Of a stretch of 64,000 bases of DNA, positions 38,522-52,261 are shown in pieces (position 1 is the stretch's first letter; every line of letters begins with the position of its first letter). Source of the stretch: Chiloscyllium plagiosum. Lineage: Eukaryota. Where the stretch lies: NCBI RefSeq assembly GCF_004010195.1, contig NC_057752.1:6628811-6692810 (forward strand). The letters are read 5' to 3'. Both the position numbers and the translations under genes were made by a program. The notes beneath the pieces are model-generated. The model saw nothing but the letters and a program-made list of their open reading frames with translations. It had not been told where the DNA came from and did no database searches.

Positions 38522-40530
38522 TTGGATAGGTCCCAGACCATACACCACCTCATCACCTCAGGAAATCTCCCACCAACAGCTTCCAACCTCATAGTTCAGG
38601 AACCCCGCATGGCCCGATTCTACCTCCTTCCCAAGATCCACAAGCCTGACCACCCCAACCGACCCATTGTCTCAGCATGCTCCTGCCCCACTGAACTCAT
38701 CTCCACCTACCTCGACACTGTCCAATTCCCCCCAGTCCAGGAACTCCCCACATACATTCGAGTCATCACCCATGCCCTCCACATCCTCCAAGACTTCCAT
38801 TTCCCTGGCCCCCAGTGCCTCGTCTTCACCATGGACATCCAATCCCTCTACACCTCCATCCGCCATGACCAGGGCCCCCAAGCCCTCCGTTTCTTCCTCT
38901 CCCAATTTCCCCACCAGTACCCTTCCAGTGACACACACATTCGTTTGGCTGAACTGGTCCTCACCCTCAATAATTTCTCCTTTGAATCCTTCCACTTTCA
39001 GATGAAAGGGGTAGCCATGGGCACCCGCATGGACCCCAGCTATGCCTGTCTCTTTGTCGGCTACGTCGAACAGTCCATCTTCCACAGTTATACCTGCACC
39101 ACTTCCCACCTCTTCCTCCGCTACATTGATGACTGCATCGGGACCACCTCGTGCTCCCGTGAGGAGGTTGAGCAGTTCATCAACTTCACCAATACATTCC
39201 ACCCCGACCTTCAATTCACCTGGACCATCTCTGACACCTCCCTCCCCTTCCTGGACCTCTCCATCTCCATCAATGATGACTGACTTAACACTAACATTTT
39301 TTACAAACCCACCGACTCCCACAGCTACCTGGATTACACCTCCTCCCACCCTACCTCCTGCAAAAATGCCCAATTCCTCCATCTCTGCTGCATCTGTTCC
39401 CAGGAGGGCCAGTTCCACCACAGAATACACCAGATGGCCTCCTCCTTTAAAGACCGTAATTTCCCCTCCCATATGGTTGAAGATGCCCTCCAATGCATTT
39501 CATCCATGTCCCACACTTCCGCCCTCAAACCCCACCCTTCCAACCGCAACAAGGACAGAACCCCCCGGTCCTCACCTTCCACCCCACCAACCTCCGCAGA
39601 AACTGCGTCATCCGCCGACATTTCCACCACCTACAAACGGACCCCACCACCAGGGATATATTTCTCTCCCCTCCCTTATCCGCTTTCTGCAAAGACCATT
39701 CCCTCCATGACTACCTGGTCAGGTCAACGCCCCCACCAACAACCTACACTCTCCCCACCTGGCACCTTCCCCTGCTACCACAGGAACTGCAAAACCTGCA
39801 CCTACACCTCCTCCCTCACCTCCATCCAAGGCCCCAAAGGAGCCTTTCGCAAGTGAAGTTTCACCTGCACATCCACAAATGTCATTTATTGTATCCGTTG
39901 CTCCCGATGCGGTCTCCTTTATATTGGAGAGACAGGACGCTTTCTTGCAGAGACCTTTAGGGAACATATCCGGGACACCCACACCAATCAACTCCACAGC
40001 CCCATGGCCGAACATTTCAACTCGTGCCCCCCCCACTTTTGCCAAGGATATGCAGGTCCTGGGCCTCCTCCATCACCACTCCCTTACCACCCAACGCCTG
40101 AAGGAAGAACGCCTCATCTTCCGCCTTGGAACACTTCAACCCCAGGGCATCAATGTGGACTTCATCAGTTTCCTTATTTCCACCCCCACCTTACCCCAGT
40201 TCCAAACTTCCAGCTCAGCACCATCCTCATGACCTGTCCTACCTGTCAATCTTCCTTCCCACCTATCCGCTCCACCCTCCCCTCTGACCTATCACCTTCA
40301 TCCACACCTCCATCCACCTATTGCACTCTTAGCTACCTTCTCCCCAGCCCCACCCTCCTCCCATTTATCTCTCCACCCCGGAGGCTCCCTGTCTCATTCC
40401 TGATGAAGGGCTTTTGCCCAAAATGTTCTTTTTCCTGCTCCTCGGATGCTGTCTGACCTGCTGTGCTTTTCCAGCACCACTCTATCTTGACTCTGATCTC
40501 CAGCATCTGCAGTCCTTACTTTTCACCTAA
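38522..40530 (+). mobile_element. 5'-truncated PLE of a second subfamily (RT + GIY-YIG + pLTR)
   Basis: FYLLPKIHK, FTMDIQSLYTSI, GVAMGTRM, FLRYIDDCIG, PFLD; PCYHRNCKTC; VIYCIRCSRCGLLYIGETGR; mutated hammerhead at 40400 (GAAA>AAAA). Confidence 0.95.
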
Positions 40531-43500
40531 TAGCTCAGGCCCAATGAATTGAATGGCTTCCCGCAGTAATTTGAGATAAAAATAGTTAATTAAATAATTG
40601 TTAAACATTTATTGACTATGAGAATTGGAAAATATAACTGTGGTCATTACTCGGTTGAAGATGGATTTACTTGCTGTTCACTAGAAAACAGTAAATTTGG
40701 AAAAAGTCAGCTCCAGGCTTTTAAGAGGAGTTTGTTTTTAGCCCCTGAATGGTATGACAGACAAATGTGAAGAGAAATTTTAGGATCTGTACTTCAATTG
40801 CCTAGCAAGTGTCTGAACGTTTTTTTTTGCCACTGATTTGGGATCTGTTACCAGTTAGAATCGCTCTTACTCAATTAGTTTTAAAGAAACTTAAAAAGAA
40901 AACCAGGTGAAGAGAGGTCTCTAAAGCATTTTCTGAGAATTGGAGAAAGTTCCTGAAATCGGTATCTTTTGATTTCCTCACCAACTCTGAAAGTTGAACT
41001 GTTAAGTCAAACCAAAGACGTAGGTCTAACTGACCTTCCACCTAAACTGAGGGTCTTCCAAGCCACTTTATCTCATCGACAAGAAACTGAAGGAGCTGAG
41101 AGACATCAGCTCATTCTATCCTTTTAGTCATACACTCTTCACAGGGATTTCTTTTGTTTCCCTTTTTTTCCCATCCTCTAATATGTCTGCAGAGTTGTCG
41201 GTGTCTGCATGTATGTGAGAGAAATTAAGGGGATTTGGTTTAAGTCTGCATAGTAGCTTAGTTAGTAATTAGGTCACTATTTATTTTAAAAATGTTTGTT
41301 CTTAATGAAGTAGTTATTATTGAGTATGTTGAAATCTTGAAGTCTATTTTTGTTTGATATAATGATGAAGAGAAACATTGACTATTCTGGTGAATAAATG
41401 AAATATCTACATTTTTGGTATAGCTTGTGGAGTAGTGAAGCTTGATTACCAGCACACTCTTCCCATCAGAGTTATAACTATATTTCCGAATGTAATTGAG
41501 CTTGACTGTCTGAAAATTCCCGTGGAAATTATATCCTCCTCCTTCCTCTTTGCTGTCTGAATTGCCACTTACCATACACATTGTAGGCCAGATTTCATTG
41601 AACCTAACACACCATTAAATGTGAAAACTCCGGTCGTGTGCTTGCAATGTTATTTTCTTTAGCTATCAAATATTTTCATTGCACTCTTTCACAGCCACCC
41701 CACTCCAAAACATTACACAGAAATGCATTCCAGGATGGTAGAGTGGACTCTGTTTGATGAGGGATAATGGTCATTTATGCTTCCACTGTTAAGACTGTAT
41801 TTTGGTAGACCTGGATGCTTATTTATTCTGAAAGCACTTTCCTGCTAAGTGCTGCAAATGGAAGCTAACATCACTACTGGAAGCAAGATCAATTTAAGAA
41901 AGCAGGTGTGGATTTTTCAGTTAAAAGTGTAGACTGATGGTGTGTAGGGTCTTGAGTATTGGTTTTCTAAGTCGATCCTAAAATACCTAGCTGACTCCTG
42001 TTTCTTGTTTCTTTCTATCTGATTTCAGTGTACTTGTGCTGGAATTGTAGACACTGGTAAAACTGGCTCCACAAGTTGATCAGTGGTGAGCAGAAACTGG
42101 GTTTGACAGCATGGATGCCAGACGACTGTTCACAGACATCAGGCTTTCAGAATCTGATATGAGAACACCCATATGAAAGCCTGTTATTCCCTCCTGTTAT
42201 GTTGCTCATGGGAGTGTCCATGTTTTAGTTCTGCCTGTTCTGACGATGGTGTGCCATTCCACCAGTCACAGTAGCAGCAGCCTTCCAGTGTCCTGCTAAG
42301 TGGCCATTAATTCTTGTAGGCTCCCAAACTGTGTCTTGGAGTCACATTTAACGTCCACGTGTTTGCACTTTTAACAGGGTTCACTGCACAGCAATTGAAT
42401 TGAATTGAAACAAGAAATCTGGATGAACCCCCCCCCCTCCCCCATCTATCACCACACCCCCTCCAGGTGGGGCACGTAGAGGAGAATTTTGCTCTGCCCT
42501 TGCTCAGCATGAATTGAGGACTGAACCTGTGATCTTTTTGTTCTTTTTAATTCTGTCTTGAATTGGGCGCTTTATTTTTTAATCACCTAAGTTAATGATG
42601 GAATTCAATAGGGATTTAAGATTTTGAACTGTGTGCAAATGCATGCTTTTACTAGTTAACATTGTTCTTGGGTCCTGCTGCCTGTCAGAGATTTAACAGA
42701 CTATTCTTTTTAATTTGTTTTCCTGAGAAAATGTATTCAGTCTTAACTGATTCTCATTTTTGCTGTTGGTAGTAGATTTACCTGAGCCATGATCAAGGTT
42801 CAACTGTTGACCTAACTGTTCGCCTTCAAAATAATTTTTAATTGTGAAAATGACGTTGTAGATCTTTTAATTTTCTTTTTAGAGCTTTGGCACTGCTGCT
42901 TCTCAACAGTTCTTGGGGGAAAAGAAAGTATATTCTTAAAATCTGCGTACAGTGTTAAGTTAGATTTATGAGTCTCAATGTACTAAGATTTTTATTTAAC
43001 TGATGAAGAATCTGTGTTTTTCATTTTTAGTTTCATTGATGGTGGTTCTTTCAACTGTTATGCTCCTCGCTCTGGATTTCATTTCTAAACTGTCTGTCAT
43101 TTCTAAAGATTCTTTTAAAGCTTTTTATTTGAGTGATTTCACCACTTTTTACTTATCTTAATGTTTTTCTCTTTCCTCACCCTCCCATTTCCTATTTTTT
43201 TTGTAAGTGCCCACCTCTTGTAAAGAGCTCCTGAAATGATGTTTACTCTGCACAGAACTCAGTATAAATGTAAGTTTTTTTTTATGCTCTTAAAAATAAA
43301 TGTCTGTGCTACGAAACCCCTGAAAAGTAGGTTTGCAACTTCAGTAGACGGCGATGAGAATGGGCAAATAAGTACAGTGCTATGGCAACTTTACAAATAT
43401 TCAGACTTTGTGATGATTATTTTTGCAGTCATTTGTTCTTTGTAGTCCACTTAGATATACAACATTTTGGCATATGTTGGAAACAGAGCATTTTACAAAA

Positions 43501-43781
43501 AAAATTGTTCACCTTGTGTCTGAGAATTAACTGAGGGACAACTGACTGGCACTTTTACAGGTACAATTTAATCAAGGACTTACTTGGAGATTTCAGTGAG
43601 TAAGTACTCGTGAAATAGTGCCAAAGGTATATCGCATTGTATTGTAGCTGGCATAATGAGGCTTGTTCTTCTGAATATGCAAAAGTGCATTAATTTAATG
43701 TGGTTCGGAAAACATACAAGGGCATTTACAATTTAAGTACTTCTGTATGTTAGAATTGGACTGCATGTATATGAAGTAGAT

Positions 43782-45230
43782 ATGTCCATTGTGTCTTCAC
43801 TGCCCGCTGGAGTAGTGCCAAATGATTGGAGAGTGGCAAATGTTATTCCCTTGTTCAGGAAAGGGAATAGGGATAATCCTAGGAATTATAGACCAGTCAG
43901 TCTTACGTCTGTGGTGGGCAACTTATTGGAGAGTATTCTGAGAGACAGGAATTATGATTACTTGGAAAACCATAGTTTGATAGTCATGCCTCACAAGCCT
44001 CATTGAATTCTTTGAGGATGTGACAAAACACATTGAAGAAGGTAGAGTAGTGGATGTGGTGGACATGGATTTTAGCAAGGCATTTGATAAGTTTCTCCAT
44101 GGTAGGCTCATTCAGAAATTAAGGAGGCATGGGATACAGGGAAATGTGGCTGTCTGGATACAGAATTGGCTGGCCCATAGAAGACCGAGGGTGATATTAG
44201 ATGGAAAGTATTCAGCCTGGAGCTTGGTGACCAGTGGTGTTCCGCAGGAATATGTTCTGGGATCTCTGCTCTTGGTGATTTTTATAAATGACTTGGATTA
44301 GGAAGTGGAAGGGTGAGTTAGTAAGTTTGCTGATGACATAAAGATTGATGGAGTGGTGGATAGCATGGAGGGTTGTTGCAACCTACGACGGGACATTGAC
44401 AGGATGCAGAGCTGAGCTGATGAGTGGCAGATGGAGTTCACCTTGGGAAAAGTCTGAAGTTGCAAACCCATTTTTTCAGGGGTTTTGGAAGGTTGAATTT
44501 GAATGCAGATCACAGGGTTAAAGGCAGGATTCTTGGCAGTGTGGAAGAACAGAGGGATCTTGGGGGTCCATGTCCACAGATCTCTCAAAGTTGCCACCCA
44601 AGCTGATAGGGTTGTTAAGAAGGCATATGGTGTGTTGGCTTTCATTAGCAGTGATATTACGTTTAAGAGCTGTGAGGTTAGAGTGCAACTCTCAAACCAC
44701 ACTTGAAATATTGTGTTCAGTTCTGGTTGCCTCATTATAGGAAGGATGTAGAAGCTTTAAAGAGGGTGCAGAGGAGATTTACTGGGATGCTGCCTGAACT
44801 AGAGGGCATGTCTAATGAAAAAAGTTTGAGGGAGCTTAAGGTCATTCTCATTGGAGTGAAGAAGAGTGAGAGGCGGCTTGACAGAGGTGTGCAAGATGAT
44901 AAGAAGCATAGATAGAGTGAATAGTCAGAGACTTTTTCCCATGGCAGAAATGTCTATCAAGAGGGGGCATAATGTAAGTGATTGGAGGAAGATTTAGGGG
45001 AGATGTCAGAGGCCGGCTCTTTACACAGAGTGATGGGTGCGTGGAATGCACTGCTGTCGGTGGTGGTAGAGCCAGATATGTTAGGGACACTTAAGCAACT
45101 CTTGGATAGGCATGTGGAAGACAGTGCAATGAAGGATATGTAGGTTAGTTTGACCTTAGGGTAGGATAAAAGGTCAGCACAACATCAAGGGCTGAAGGGC
45201 CTGTACTGTGCTGTACTCTTCTATGTTCAA
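43782..45230 (+). mobile_element. 5'-truncated CR1 RT fragment
   Basis: DWRVANVIPLFRKG..NYRPVSLTSVVG, MDFSKAFDK, SGVPQ; tail gctgaagggcctgtactgtgctgtac. Confidence 0.92.
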
Positions 45231-46438
45231 TGTGACAGTGCCTTAACTGCCGTAAATTTCTGTTGGCTTCTGCAAAAAGTGATAGTGATTTATGTCATTA
45301 TTGCGAAATGTTTTTTTTTTACAACGCTGTCATTTTAGAGTTTTGTTGTTTATCTGGTATTCTCTACAGAACAAATTCAAACTTTAAATGATCAACAATA
45401 GACTTTGCATGGAACTTCCCCAGTCAGAACTTGGTGGCGTGCAGCAACCATGGTGTGGTGAAGCTGACATTTAAACTGTGTCAACCAAAAAGCTGCAGAT
45501 TTGAAGATTGAATATCTTTTTGTGGCTTTCAAAAGAGAAATTGCTTACTCTGTGAAATGCACAAGAACTTTTCTGAAGTTAGATTTTTTTATCTATAAAT
45601 TATAGAAAGGAGCCACCGGTGATTGTTTAATATATTTCCAGCCCTCCATTATAAACGGTCAGAAGATGTGCAGTTCCATCCTACAAGTGACTCTACCCTA
45701 GCTGGCTTACCAAGTTAAAGTTGGATTGTTCTAGATTTTGTAGTTGCCATGTTTTTCACTGTAAAAAGTTACCCAAGGGGCACAATAATTCTCATCACTT
45801 CAATCTGAGTACTATTGAACAGGATGAATATGGAAAATTTCGATTATAACTATAACAGAATTTCTATACCAATAAATAACAAACTTTTCTTTTCCAGTTT
45901 TTCAAATAAGTGCATTAAAAATTTGCAAATATTATGCAAGAGCTGTGATGTAAATACCATTTTTGCTAATTTAGCTCCTTCACTGCCTCTCTGATATATT
46001 GGCAGATAGGTTGGGGCATTAGTGAAAACCTGGATTTTGGCAAGGTTAAACAGAAATATTGCATCTGTTTAAGGAAATGTCAGGACCCGATATGTACACT
46101 CAAATCACACACAAATCGGTAGTAAAGTTGTTAAAATATATAAAAGGCAATGTAAAGAAATGAATAATACAATTCATTTATTAAAGCTAAATAAGGATGA
46201 CAGGACAAGTGTTGTATCAGTGTTGCAATGTGTGTGTGTGTGTTTCTGGATACCATTGTGATCTAGGATCTAGGGCAAGCACATTTGCAGTAAGTGTTGA
46301 AGTTGAGCTGCTTCGGTTCAAATTGATAAGCTGGAAGCTGAACTGCAGACTGTGTGAAACATCAAGAAGGGGAAAAGTTACCCTTTTGTTTTTGTACTCT
46401 GAGATAGTCATAATATTTCAGATAGGATCTTCTGATTT

Positions 46439-46630
46439 GGAGAAAGTGAGGACTGCAGATGCTGGAGATCAGAGCTTAAAAATGTGTTGCTGGAAAAGCG
46501 CAGCAGGTCAGGCAGCATCAAAGGAACAGGAGAATCGACATTTCAGGAAGGGCTTCTGCCCGAAACGTCGATTCTCCTGTTCTTTGATGCTGACCTGCTG
46601 CGCTTTTCCAGCAACACATTTTTAAGCTCT
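46439..46630. mobile_element. About 190-bp hairpin mini-PLE with TSD
   Basis: Inverted arms of about 70 bp (46471-46544 vs 46562-46630), 32-nt one-sided tail, TSD (TCT)TCTGATTT at 46428-46438 and 46628-46638. Confidence 0.9.
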
Positions 46631-47654
46631 TCTGATTTAGTCACTGATCAGGGGCAGGTGGATGTAGGTAAGGGGACTCATGGGCAGGAGTATAGGAGTG
46701 TCAGCCTTTGCAGTTGTCTAATAGGTTTGAGGTTCTCAACAGGTTTAGTTGAGAAAAGAGTCTGAGGGTGGATGAGCAAACTGACTTTGGCACTGTGATA
46801 CAGGAAGCTATTCAAATGGGTGGAACAACAAGGAATATATAGTAAGGAGGATTGACATCATTTTCTGCAGCAAAAAGTAAGATTTCAGACAATTCTGGCT
46901 ATCCAGTGTCAGTGTACGAGACATCTGCTCAGCACTGGAAAGTAACTTGCAGTGGAGGGGGGGACCAATACAGTGGTAATCGTCTGTGTAGGTACCAACA
47001 ACAAACGAGGAACTGGGAAAGAGCTTCTATTTAGAGAATATGAGGGGCTAGACACTAGAAGCAGAACCTCAATGGTTATTTCCTGAGTTGTGTGCAAATT
47101 GACACAAGGTACAAGAAAATTAGAGAGGTGAATACATGGTTCAAAGACTGGCAGGAGAAGTGCTTCTGGTTTGTGGACCACTGGCATCAACACTGGAGAA
47201 AATGGGACTGTATCTTTGTGATAATCAGTACCTGAGCCATGCTGAGTTCAGTATTCTTTGGAACCCTTTCACTTGGGAAGCGCAGGAGAGTTTTAAATTT
47301 AAGAGTGGGAGTAGGGATTAAATTTGGAAAGATGCGATCTATCAAAGAGTAGAGACAGAGTAAGACAGGAAAAGAGTAATATGGGAAATGAGGGTCCGAA
47401 TGGCAGGGAGGGGCAGACAGAAGGAATACGAGCAAGACTAGATTTTACAAAGCTAAGAGCTCTGTATCTGAATTTGGAGCATTCATTAAGTCAACAAATA
47501 GTGCACATTTGAAGTAAACAAATACACTGTCATTTACAGACCATAAAAAAGACACAGCTGTAGGATGCAAAGGTTTGGGCCCTGAATATTGAGGGATCTA
47601 TGACATTCAAGAATGGGAAACTTGGTAAAGGAGGAGGAGTAACACTGTTAATAA

Positions 47655-48610
47655 CATAACATAAGAACTAGGTGTAGGCCATCTGGCCCCTCGAGCCTGC
47701 TCTGCCATTCAATAGGATTATGGCTGATCTTTTTATGGCCTCAAAATCCACTTACCTGCCCTCTCACCAGAATTCTTAATTCCTTTACTGTTCAAAAAAA
47801 TTATCTATTTTGGCTTTGAAAATATTTACTGAGTAAGCCTCAACCACTTCACTGGGCAGGGAATTCCATAGATTCACAACCCTCAGGGTGAAGAGGTTCC
47901 TTCTCAATTCGGTCCTAAATCTGCTGCCTTGTCCTAGTTTCACCCACCAGTGGAAACATCCTCTCTACTTCTAACTTATCTATTCCATTTATAATTTTAT
48001 ATGTTTCTACAAGATTCCCCCCACAGTCTTCTAAATTCTAATGAATATAATCCCAGTCTGCTCCGCCTCTCCTCATAAACCAACCCCCTCAACTCTGGAA
48101 TGAACCTCCTGTGCACCCCCTCCCAGTGCCAGTATGTCCTTTCTCAAGTGGAGACCAAGACTGCACGCAATACTCCAGATGTGGCCTCACCAGCATCCTA
48201 TATAGCTGCAATATAACCTCCCTGCTTTTAAATTCAATTCCTTTAGCAATGAAGGACAAAATTCCACTTGCCTTCTTAATTACCTGTTGCACCTTCAGAC
48301 CAACCTTCTGTGATTCATGCACAAGGGGGAACATCCAGGTCCCTCTGCACAGTAGCATGCTGCAATTTTTTTTATCATTCAAGTAATAGTCCTTTTTGCT
48401 GTCATTTCTACCGAAATGGATGACTTCACATTTATTAAAATTGTACTCCATCTGCCGGACCTTTGCGCACTCACTTAAACTATTTATGTCTCTTTGCAAA
48501 GTTTCACAGTCCTCTGCACACTTTGCTCTACCACTCATCTTGGTGTCGTCTGCAAACTTTGACACACTACACATGGTCCCCAACTCGAAATCATCTATGT
48601 AAATTATGAA
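47655..48610 (-). mobile_element. CR1 3' fragment nested in the older CR1
   Basis: Minus [31 protein letters not shown]. Confidence 0.9.
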
Positions 48611-48794
48611 TCAAGAATGGCATTTATGCAACAGTTAGAGGTGACCTTGGTTCGAGCAATTAGTATGTAAAAGTGGTTGAGGTCAAGATGAGGAATAGGG
48701 GCAAGAAGTCACAAGCCAGAAAGGTCTACAGATCCTTTAAGATTAACCACAACTTACCAAGAAGTACAATTGGGTGCTGGTTAGATGTGTAGTT

Positions 48795-48980
48795 TAGGTG
48801 GATTAGCTATGCTAAATTGCCCATAGTGTCCAGGGATTTGCAAGCGAGGTGGACTAGCTGTGGGAAATGCAAGGTTACAGGGATAAGGTAGGGGGATAGA
48901 TCTTGGAGGGGTGCTCTCCAAAAGATCAGTGTGGACTCAATGCGCCGAATGACCTGCTTCCACATTGTGTGGATTCTTTG
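48795..48980 (+). mobile_element. HE1-type SINE, 3' half
   Basis: ggtggattagctatgctaaattgcccatagtgtccaggga..gtggactcaatgcgccgaatgacctgcttccacattgt. Confidence 0.75.
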
Positions 48981-49469
48981 ATTGTGATAAAGTGACAGCA
49001 ATAATCATGGGTGACTTTAATCTACATGTAAACTAGAAAATTCACATTAGCAGTAGTCACCTGAATGTGTTCATCGAATGCTTTTGAGAGTTTCTTAAAG
49101 CAAGTAATATTAGATTTGGTATTGTTTAATGTGATGGGATGAATTAATGATCTCAGAGCGAATGTATCCCCAAAGTAGGAGTGACCACAATTTAATTCAA
49201 TTTTACATCCAGTTTGGGTCTAGAATAAGTACTTTAAATTTGAATAAAGGAAATTATGTTGGCATGAAAGTTGAGCTAGCTGATATGAACTTGCATACCA
49301 AGCTAGAGAGGGATTCTGTGGCAAACATTTAAGAGTTTATTTCAAATTACTTGGAATAGGTATGTTCTGACTATAAAGACAAGTTCTAAAGGGAAGACGC
49401 ACTATCCGTAGTTAGCTAAAGAATTTGAGGAGAGCATCAAACTTGAAAAATCATATAATTGCAAAAAGG

Positions 49470-49995
49470 TGAGACCACATTTGGAGTATTGTGCACAGTC
49501 TTGGGCCCCATAACTCAAGAAGGATGAACTGGTCCTGGAGGGTGTTCAGAGGAGGTTCAAGAGAATGGTTCCAGGAATGAAAAGTTTAATGTATGAGGAA
49601 TGTTTGAGAAGCAGGGTCTATACTTGATGGAGTTTAGAAGGATGAGGGGGGATCCAATTGAAACATACAGAATGGCCTGGACAGAGTAGATGTTGGGAAG
49701 GTGTTTCCATTGGTAGGAGAGACTAGGACCTGAGGGCACAGCCTTAGAGTAAAGAGAAGACCTTTTGGAACGGTGATAAAGAGCCAGAGAGTGGTGAATC
49801 TATGGAATTCATTGCCACAGAAGGCTGTGGAGGCCAGGTCATTGAGTATATTTAAGACTGAGATGGGTTCTTTATTGTCAAGGGGGACAAAGCAGGAGAA
49901 TGGGGATGAGAAACTTATCAACCATGATTGAATGACTGAGCAGACTCAATGGGCTGAATGGCCTAATTTCTGCTCCTATGTCTTATAGTCCTATG
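49470..49995 (+). mobile_element. CR1 3' fragment nested in the older CR1
   Basis: VRPHLEYCAQSW motif, CR1 tail (gggctgaatggcctaatttctgctcctatgtcttat), GGTGAG at both flanks. Confidence 0.85.
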
Positions 49996-51044
49996 GTGAG
50001 TGGCAGGTCAGATGATTGTTCAGAATATAAAGAACAACTGAGAATGACCAAAACGTTAATCAGGAGAAAGACATTAGAGTATAAGAGGGCGATAGCTCAG
50101 CATACAAGAACAGCAAGAGTTTCACAGGTATTTAAAAAGGAAAAAAGTAGGTAAAGTGCAAGTTGATCTTTTGGATTGAGCAATGTGGAGATATTAGTAG
50201 ATAATAAGGAAATGGCAGATCAAATGAACAATATTTTATTTTTGTCTTCACCGTAAAGAATGCAAAAACATTCTGGTAATAGCTGTCAATCAGGAGGAGG
50301 AAGAGAAATATTAACTTGGTGAAATTACAATCACAACAGAAACCGCTCTAACCAACTGGCAGAACTGTGGGTTGACAAGTCTCCAGATCCAGGATGGACA
50401 CCATCCTAAGGTTTTAAATGAAGTTGCTCATGAGATAGAAGATGCGTTGGCATTAATTTTCTAGCATTCAGGAAAGATTCCATCAGATTGGAATATAACA
50501 AATATAATATGACACCTCTGTTCAGTCAGGATGGAGGCAGTAACGGGAAACTATAGGCCAGTTAGTTTGAAGTCTGCCATTGGGAAATTGTTCGAAACAT
50601 TGATTAAAGAGATTACAGCTTCGCACTTAAAAAGAAAGTTCTAGGTAATTGAGAAAGATCAGCATGGTTTTGTCAAAGGGAAATGATGTTCAACAATGTA
50701 TTGGAGCATTTTGAGGAGGAGCATACACTGTGGACAAAAGGGAGTCTGTAGATGTACTCTACTTCGTTTTCTAGAAGGCATTTGATAAGGTACTGCAACA
50801 AAGACTATTTTGAGAAAATTAAGGCTTGTGGTGTGCAGGGTAAGATATCAGCATGTATAGAAGATTGGCTGGCTGTTTTTTTTTAAAAAGGTATGCATAA
50901 AGTCATGCAGGGATCTGTGTTGGGGCCTTAACATTTTACAATTTAGATCAATGACTTAGATGAGGGAGCTGCAGCTAAATTTGCAGATGGCACTAGGTAG
51001 GGAGGAATACATCTTGTGAAGATATAAGGAGGTTGCAGACAGAT

Positions 51045-51978
51045 TTTGATTTAATTTATTATTGTCACATGTACCCAGTACAGTGAAAAGTTTTGTTTTG
51101 TATGCAGTATAGGTAGATCATAACATACAAATATCAGAGGGTGATTGAACAGAATAAGGAAATCAAAGTTACGACTGCAAAGAAGGTGTATAAAAAGCAA
51201 GATCAACATTTAGGTTTGAAATTTGAGAGATCCATTTAGGAGTTTAATAACAGCAGGGAGGAAGCTGTTTTTGAAACTGTTGGTACATGTGTCTAAGCTT
51301 TTGCATCTTCTGCTTGACTGAAGAGGTTGGAAGAGATTATAACTGGGGTGGGAGGGGTTTTTGATGTTGGCTGTCTTTCCAAGGCAGAAGTTGAGATGGA
51401 GTCAGTGGATGGAAGGTTGGTTTGCATGATGGTCTGGGCTTTATTCACAACTTTCTGCAGTTTCTTATAGTTCTGGGCAGAGCAGTTGCCGTACCAAGCT
51501 GTGATCCATCCAGATAGAATGCTTTCTGTAAACGTTGGTGAGAGTCCTTATGGATTGTTGATGATCGTCACTCCTCAGAACTTGGTGCTCTCGACCATCT
51601 CTACCTCGGCTCCATTGATGTAGACACGGGTGTGCCCTCCTCCTCGCTTCCTAAAATCTTTGGTCAGCTCTTTAGTTTTGCTGACATTGAGGGAGACATT
51701 GTTACCTTTACATCATGCCATCAAGCACTTTATTTCTTTCCTGTACTCTGTCTCATCATTGTTTGATATCTGGCCTACAATGGTGATGTTGTCAACAAAC
51801 TTGTAGATGGAGATTGGACGAAATTTTGTCCAGAGTCATGTGTGTACCGGGAGTACAGTAAAGGGGGCTGAGTACGCATCCTTGGAAGGTGCTGGTGTTG
51901 AGGGTTGTTGTGGAGGAGGTGCTGTTGCCTATCTTCACTCTGTGGTCTGTAGAGAGGAAGTTGAGGATCCAGTAGCAG
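51045..51978 (-). mobile_element. Rex1/Babar-type LINE 3' fragment
   Basis: Minus translation QGCVLSP..YSRYTHD..IYKFVDNITIVGQISNNDETEYRKEI..NNVSLNVSKTKEL is typical Rex1/Babar RT. Confidence 0.85.
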
Positions 51979-52261
51979 AGGGTAGAGGTGCATTTGAGTT
52001 GGCAAAAATCTTAACAGGTGAAGTAAAATGTTGTAACGTGTGATACTATTTATGGGCAGAAGAATTAAAAAAGCAGAGTCTTACTTAAACTGAGAATGAC
52101 TGCAGAATTCAGAGGTGCAGAGGGATTGAGGGAATCTAGTGCATTAGTTATAATGTTAGTATGCAGGTATAGTACTTAATCAAGATGATTAATGGGACAC
52201 TATCCTTAATTATGAGAAGAATAGAACATAAGTAAAGATGTTCATGCTCCGTTCATACATG

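Larger units (their letters stand above)
46196..52240 (+). mobile_element. Old near full-length CR1 (ORF1 start MTGQVLYQCCNV, esterase, APE, RT) fragmented by at least five younger insertions
   Basis: CR1 motifs resume across each insertion (atcatgggtgactttaatcta at about 49003; aaactataggccagttag at about 50548; gaaggcatttgataagg at about 50773; tttgcagatggcac at about 50980). Confidence 0.75.

Noticed and set aside
38672..39493. 273-aa minus ORF
   Set aside because: Antisense shadow of the PLE RT.
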